Shown: piece by piece, positions 25,601 through 32,733 of the stretch
Position numbering within the stretch: position 1 is the first letter of the stretch
How the letters are laid out: each line of letters begins with the position of its first letter
Source of the DNA: Piromyces finnis finn
Lineage: Eukaryota > Fungi > Neocallimastigomycota
Length of the DNA stretch: 32,733 nt
Assembly: GCA_002104945.1 (NCBI GenBank)
Contig: MCFH01000129.1
Coordinates: 1-32,733, forward strand
Direction: 5' to 3'
Notes under the pieces: model-generated
Databases searched by the model: none
Told to the model about the DNA's origin: nothing
The model's input: only the letters and a program-made list of their open reading frames with translations
Program-made: the position numbers and the translations under genes

Positions 25601-28600
25601 TTAATGATATTAATGTTGAAGAAAACTTCAACGGAAATAATTTCCAATATTTTATAAAATATATTATAAGTACTTATTCTTCCAGAACAGCTTTATTTAT
25701 TTTTTATCAGTTAAATTATTTGAAATTAATAGAAATTGAGGAAGCTAAAATCCAAGAAATAAAAAGAAAAGAAAAAGAAATATTACAAAAAAGAATCATG
25801 AAAATAAAATTGATTTTCAAAAATGTGGATAGCGAAAACAAAGGTTCAGTTTTAGTAAAACAACTAAATACAATTTTTGAAAATGTTCCAACATCTATTG
25901 ACGATATGGAATTTTTAAAATATCCAATGGAAGTACAGGATATGTTCGTATATCTTAAAATTCCTGTAATGGCTAGAGCCCTTTTAACTAAAACTATTAC
26001 AGAACAAGAATTTGTTGACCATGTATTAAATGTATGTGCTTCTCTTGCACCAGAACATTTCGATATTGTTTTACAATTGATTTTAAATTCTTTAGGAATT
26101 AATTTAGATGCTGAAGAGAATCAAGAAGAAAAAGTTAATAATGAAATTGATGAAGAAAATGAATTGTCAGAAAGAGAAAAGGATCAGAATGAAGTTCTTA
26201 AAATGATATGGTCCCTATTGAAAGATCCTGGTTCCGATATTTCTCAGATATGCGATTTAGGTTTAACATGGACTATGGATATAATTTCTAAATATAATAA
26301 AACAGGTCAATTCATTGGTGATCTTGTTGTTAGTAATTCAGTAGTAGATAATACTGGAGGTGGGGATGAAGAAAAGAAAGATAATGACAAAACTAATTTA
26401 ATATATATATCTGTTGATAATACGGGTAAAGAGTCAATAGAAAATATCGATAAACAATTTAGTTCATTAGATAATCCAAAATCTTCAATTTTAGAAGCAT
26501 TTAAAAATAATATTGTTAAAGTTACAAATTGTAATGAATCACTTTCAGAAGATGAAAAATCTATGAAAGATTCATTAATTCTTAATGTACCATTTACAGG
26601 AAAAGATGATCAAGTTGCATTGGGTGTTATGTCTATTTTGTTAAAACCACAAAGTAAAGAATCACTTGAAAATAAAGAAGAAGCCGGAAATAATGAGAAT
26701 AATTCTGAGGAAAAACAAGATACTTCCGATGAAAATACAAATAGTAATATTTCCCCTGAGTTCTCAAAAGAAGATATTAGTTTTATTAAGGTATGTAAAA
26801 TTATAAATCAATATATATATACATAATAATTAATAATGAATACTAAGATTTTTTTAATTTTAATTTTAAATAATACAATAGGCCGTGGGAAAAGTTTTAG
26901 GTTATGCAATTGAACATATTGTTCATCGAGAAAGGTCAAATGCTATCCTTGAATCATGTTCAACTTATATATTGGACTTACTAAAGAATAGTAATGTTAA
27001 TTTATATTTAGTTGAAAAAGTACCATCTAAAAATGCTATTGAAAAAATAGGTAAAAAGAAGAAGAACAAAGAAAAAACCAATAGTATGGATGATGATGAA
27101 GAAGAAGACCAACCATTCTCAAACGAAGATTATACTTATGTTATGTATGTATCCGATAAACCAACAGAAGAAGAAAAGAAAAAGATATCAAAAAAGAATG
27201 GAAAGAAGAAAACTAATGATAAAAATAATAAAAATAAAGTAAAATTCCAAAAATCTGAAAAAGATAATGTTTTGAAGAAAGTAACTAAAAAGGATAAAAA
27301 TAGGTTTGTAATATATATTGAAATATAATTTATCAGTATTATAGTAAATAAATAAAGGTTAAATCAGTGAAATGTATTATACTAAAAATTTTTTTAATAT
27401 TAATAGAAATGCATTAATGGAATCCGTTACTACTACTAAAGTTGTAACTAGACCTGAAGATGAAGGTAATGAGGAAAAAATAACAGTAATACCAATTTTA
27501 GATCAAATGAACCAATGTATCGGTATGATTTCAATGAATACAAAATTGGCAGAAAATGATCCAACGTTCATTGAGGATTTAAATGAATTGAAGCATTTAG
27601 CTGAATTAATTTCTGATGCCATGATATTAGCAGATCAAGAAGCTAAGAAGAATAATAAACCATTATTATGTAGGAGAAAATTTATAAAAATATATATATT
27701 AATTATTAATTAAAAAGATATAACTATATTTATGTATTGTTACATTAACTAAAATTTTTTCCCCTAATGCTGTATTATTAATAAATTTAATATAGATGCA
27801 GAAACTATAAGTGAACAATTAAGAAGAAAACTTTTCTTCCCAAAATTATTATTATTAAAAGCAAGAGAAAACTTATCTAAAATTGATGCCAATTCTATAG
27901 CTGAATTAAAGAGTTATCGTGTACCACCAACTATTATTCATAAAGTTGTATGTTGTATTTTATATATTTTTGGTCACACTCCTAAACAAGGTATGAAAGA
28001 AAAAATATTGATAATTTACGCTAAATAGAATTAAACTGATTATATAAATTTTATATAACTATTTTATTATAATAAACTAGTTGAATCATGGCAAGATGCT
28101 GCAAAGGTATATTTTTTCATTTTATTTATTTTTTTTTAAAAATTAAAAATTTTATTTTATAACTATTAAATTAATATATAATATTAATTTAATATTAGTA
28201 TATAAATCAAGACTTGTTACGTAAGATGCAACAATATGATTCAACAGCAAAACAAAAAAGCTCCGTATTCAAAAGAATTAAATCTATTATTAAAAGTATT
28301 AAAAAAAATTTTTTTTTTATATAAAATTAAAATAATAATAGTATAGCATTTTTATTAACTATAATATTTAATGATGAAAAAAAAAATATTTCATAGAATT
28401 TATAAAAGGAAATGATATTAAGAAACAATCCTCACTTCCAGCTCAATGTATGTATGATTGGTTATTGGTCTGTTTAACACTTCGAAGTATTGCAATAAGA
28501 AGTAGAAAAGCTCATAAAGAGGAAAATGTATTTGCTAATAACGATTATGAAGAAGAGGAGGAAGAAGTATTTGATGATGAAGAAGAAGAAGAAAAAACTC

Positions 28601-28761
28601 TTAATTATATTCTTAATCATCAAAACGGTAATTCACCGAACTTTAAATCCTTATTTAATTTAACTTCCAAGAAAAATGAAGATAATGAACCAGAAAAAGA
28701 AAAAACAATTCATTATTCATTTTCATATTCTAGAATTGATAAATATAGGAATGGAAATTAA
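22684..28761 (+). CDS. EFCAB5: EFCAB5-like multidomain protein, 1712 aa, 9 exons: join(22684..23791,23991..24307,24445..26790,26882..27303,27407..27669,27796..27990,28081..28106,28199..28295,28397..28761)
   Basis: All introns are GT-AG with consistent phase (5139 nt). LETRAYLLESVFPILCVSLEKLL...FDSINWLAQYLYRNNPKY matches my recollection of the conserved EFCAB5 N-terminal block. There is a degenerate EF-hand (FKNVDSENKGSV) and GAF-like segments (LNVPFTG...LGVMSIL; VIPILDQMNQCIGMISM). The gene model is firmer than the symbol. Confidence 0.75.
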
Positions 28762-29362
28762 TATAATATTACTGAAAACCTAATCTTTAATCGATATTCA
28801 TATATATTTAAATATGTTAATTTATTTTATTTTAGCATTTTAATTTGCATTATATCAACAATTCATAATTCATACTTTCATCTATTTCAAATTTTTCAAT
28901 TTATAAATATTTTTATTATCATTATCATTATCATTTATATTTTTTATGAAATAATAATTAAAAAAAAAAGAAAAATATTATAATAGATATAGCAATATCA
29001 TTATTATTATTTCAAAAATAAAAATCCTATTAAATATACTTTTTCTTTCTGGTAGTGATATTTTCATTAATTTAATTTTTGTGATGATAAGTTATCATTT
29101 TTTATATCATACATTTAAATATGGTATACAAATATATTGAATACCTATAAATTATTTTTGTAAATATAAATTGTTAATATTAGAAAATAAAATTTTAGTG
29201 TAAAATTCTTTAAAATTTAAAAGTTAAATAATTAATAATAAAATTCAAAATTCAAAATTTAAAATTCCAAAAAAAAAAAAAAGTGAAGATAAATGAAAAG
29301 TGAAAAATATTAAGGAATAAAATTATTTAAAAGAAAAAGTATTATATTAATTAGTAGATATA

Positions 29363-29393
29363 ACAATAAATAAATAAATAAATAAATAAATAA
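29363..29393. repeat. (TAAA)n microsatellite
   Basis: Short taaa array between the EFCAB5-like gene and VPS39. Confidence 0.7.
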
Positions 29394-29804
29394 TAATTAT
29401 AATAAAGACTATTAAATAATTATAATAAAATAAAACAAAATTAAAGCAATTTTAAAATGTATTTTTTGAAATTATAAAGAATATAATTTCATTAGATAAA
29501 CTTATAAACATTGTTGAATAATATAATTCAATATATAATTATATTTTCCATTTTTATATTTAAGAAAAAAAGTTAAATTATTTCAGTTTTTATAATCATA
29601 ATTAATATTTAATATAACCTTCAAATAAAACCATACAAATAAAAAGCTTACTTCAATAATACTTTTTTTTTTTTTCTTTCATAAGCAAACAAAGGAATAT
29701 TTTATAATATATATTAAATTTATACTGCAATTAGTATATATATATATACATATACATATATATATAAAAAAAAAAAATAAAAAAAAAAAAAAAAAAAAAA
29801 AAAA

Positions 29805-30785
29805 ATGCATGAAGCATTTACATACAAACTTATTGAAGATAAACCTCCTTTAGAAGTTACAACATTATGTTCATATGGTAATTTCAATTATAATATTTTT
29901 TTATATATTTACAATATTATAGTTATATTTCGTTAATAATAAGCCGAATAAAAATGGAAAATGAAATTAAGGGAAATATTATTGTATATAATTATAAAAT
30001 TTTAAAAACATGAAAAATAAAGTTAAAACAATACGAGTATGATACATTTATATTAATAAAATAGAAACATAGAAACCGAAGTTTTAATTAAAAATATTTT
30101 TTAAAATATATATTAAAAGTTCGTACTAACATATTCCTTTTGTATTATTTTTCATAACATTTGAATTCTTTATTTTAAATAGATAATAAATTATTAGTAG
30201 GAACAAAAGATGGAATTTTACTTATTTATGAAATAAATGAAAATGATGAATCATTTTATGTTAATTTAGTGGATTCTCGAAAAGATTTTACGAAAAAAGA
30301 GATAAGGGCATTATATGCAATTAAAGAAATTAATATTTTATTGTGTTTGTCAGGTACAAGTGAATCATATATTGTAATAATTATATTAAAATATATTAAA
30401 TATGACTTATTAACATATTATCTTAAATTTTTAATTATGTAATTTATTATAGATACACAATTATTAGCATATAATTTAGAAACCCTCCAATTTATCACGC
30501 ATATTTCAAAATTACAAGGAGTATTGTTAATGGACATTTTCAATTCAAATAAAAAAAATAATGAAGATGATATTAAAAATAACAATAGCAACAACAACAA
30601 TAATAATATAGATAATAAAATAATAATAAAAATAGCTTTAGCTATTAAAAAAAAATTAGTAATTTTACAATGGAATCAAGATTCATTTGAAAAATTAAAT
30701 GTAAGAAATAATATCTAAAACATATATTTTTATTTATGTATATTTATTAAAAATCATTATATAATAAATAATATGTATGTACTGC

Positions 30786-30816
<31 letters not shown>

Positions 30817-31755
30817 CGCTATCAATAATAAAGGAATTTAATTTATCTCATACAATTAAAGCAATATCATGGGGAAAGGAAAATACTCTATGTATTGGCT
30901 TTGCAAGAAACTATGCTTTTATAGATTTATCTAATGATACCATTGACTATTTCTCAATAGGAAACTCTCTTATTGATTTAACGTCTTTTACTCCATCGAA
31001 GTTTACAAAAGTTTATGCAAATTCATTACCAAATCACCAATTTTTATTAACAAAAGATGGTAATATTGAGTTTAAATAATAACATAATAATATATATTAC
31101 ATTTATTTATATATGTATCAATATAAAGCAAAAAAAAAAAATAAAAATAAAAAGATAATAATAACAATTACAATAATAATTATAATTTATATATATAAAA
31201 AGATTCGAGTACTTTTATTGCAGAAACAGGTCAACCAATAAAATCAATAAACATTAAATGGTCAGCAATTCCATTAGGCATAGGTAAATACTTTTTTTTT
31301 TTAAGAAAAAAAATAAAAAGAAAAAGAAAAAACGGAAATATAAATAAAATTATTGAATTATTTAATAGTATATACATATCCTTATTTTATTGGTATACTG
31401 CCGCAAAAGATTGAAGTTAGAGCATATAATACTGGTGTATTTATACAAGAAATCCCATTAAATAATACTAATATTATTGTTGCAAATGATGTTCTATTTT
31501 CTTCAAATGAGGAAAATTTATATACTTTACTTCCAATTGATTTTGATAACCAAGTATGTATAATTATAAATATTATAAAATTTATCATCATTTAAATTAC
31601 TGATAGTAAAATATATATTATATTTAAATTTTATTTATATATTTATTTTATTAATGTAAAAAAAAAAGGTTGTCCAATTATTAAACAAAAAACAATTTTC
31701 AGAATCACTTCAACTTGTAGAATTATATTCATCCATATTCACGCCGGATGAGAAA

Positions 31756-31821
<66 letters not shown>

Positions 31822-32107
31822 AAATATTAAAAAATTTATGTTAATTTTTTTTATTATAGATAATAGAAATAACAAGAATACGCTCATTAGAGGCAAAAAA
31901 TTTATTTACAAAAGAAAAAGATTATGAACGTGCATTTGGTATATTTTTAAGTTTAGAAATAGATCCAAATGAAATATTACAACTTTATCCAATGCTAAAT
32001 TCTACTGAAGAAATTATTGCATTAAAAAATAGTAAAGACAATAAAGATGGTAAATTTAAAAGTATTATTTACTTTAAATGATTTAAAATACAATGTTTAA
32101 ATTATAT

Positions 32108-32139
<32 letters not shown>

Positions 32140-32733
32140 GAAATAATATTATTATAACAGAAAAATCATTTGATACTTTAAAATCAATAAATTATTTAAT
32201 TCATTATTTAACTGAACAACGTTCTAGACTGACAAAACAACGATTATATCTCCTAACAATTCAAAATCGTTCTTCTATGTCTAAATCACTATCAAATTCT
32301 ACCATAAATTCCTATCTTTCAACAGCTGCTGCATCTGAAATATCTTTAAGTACTATTGTATATTATCGTCAACTTTCACTACCTGATGTAGAAGCTCTCT
32401 CAAATATTATTGATACTGCTTTATTCAAAGTTTATATAATTATAAATGATGCATTGGTCGGACCATTATTACGTGTTCAAAATAATTGTGATATGGACGT
32501 TTGTGAAGTTCTTTTAAAATCTCAAAATGTAATTTATATATATATTAAAATTTAGATTTCTTTTTTTTTTTGTTTCATTATATATAAGCAAATAGTCATA
32601 AAATAACAATAGATAATGAAATAAAATAAAATATAAAAAATTAACTGTATATATATATAATTTTATATTCAATAGAAATACTCTGAATTAATAGATTTAT
32701 ATAGAGGAAAGAATTATCATAAAAAGGCTTTAG
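29805..32733 (+). CDS. VPS39: Vam6/Vps39 HOPS subunit, 3' incomplete: join(29805..29877,30183..30353,30453..30700,30834..31059,31203..31283,31369..31553,31669..31755,31860..32049,32161..32528,32676..>32733)
   Basis: The N-terminus MHEAF...LLVGTKDGILLIY is CNH beta-propeller-like, with YPYFIGI...IEVR further on. IIDTALFKVY...LVGPLLRVQNNCD...KYSELIDLYRGKNYHKKAL is the Vps39 domain-1 signature. All exon phases are consistent. Confidence 0.9.
31760..31821. repeat. (AAAT)n microsatellite at the 5' end of a VPS39 intron
   Basis: Perfect aaat array starting just after the GTAAAA donor at 31756. Confidence 0.9.

Overview
Extremely AT-rich, intron-dense eukaryotic DNA. Composition, homopolymer and microsatellite load and gene content point to an anaerobic gut fungus (Neocallimastigomycota; inferred). 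I hand-spliced seven protein-coding genes using GT-AG boundaries; the six complete ones give stop-free frames with lengths divisible by 3. In order: NKAP/UPF0396-like splicing factor (-), CaMKK/Ssp1-type kinase with 8-nt and 15-nt micro-exons (-), a 233-aa acidic orphan (+), a 1186-aa disordered protein with a SERTA/Ecm13-like N-terminal motif (+), a BZZ1-like F-BAR-C1-SH3-SH3 protein (-), a 1712-aa EFCAB5-like protein (+), and the 5' part of VPS39/VAM6 (+, runs off the window). I saw no rRNA, tRNA, CRISPR array or intact mobile element. The best lead is the EFCAB5-like gene. It combines a Dpy-30/RIIa-like docking motif, a degenerate EF-hand and GAF-like segments with a C-terminal module resembling the dynein stalk microtubule-binding domain, outside a dynein motor. 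All family assignments come from motif recognition by eye, not database searches.
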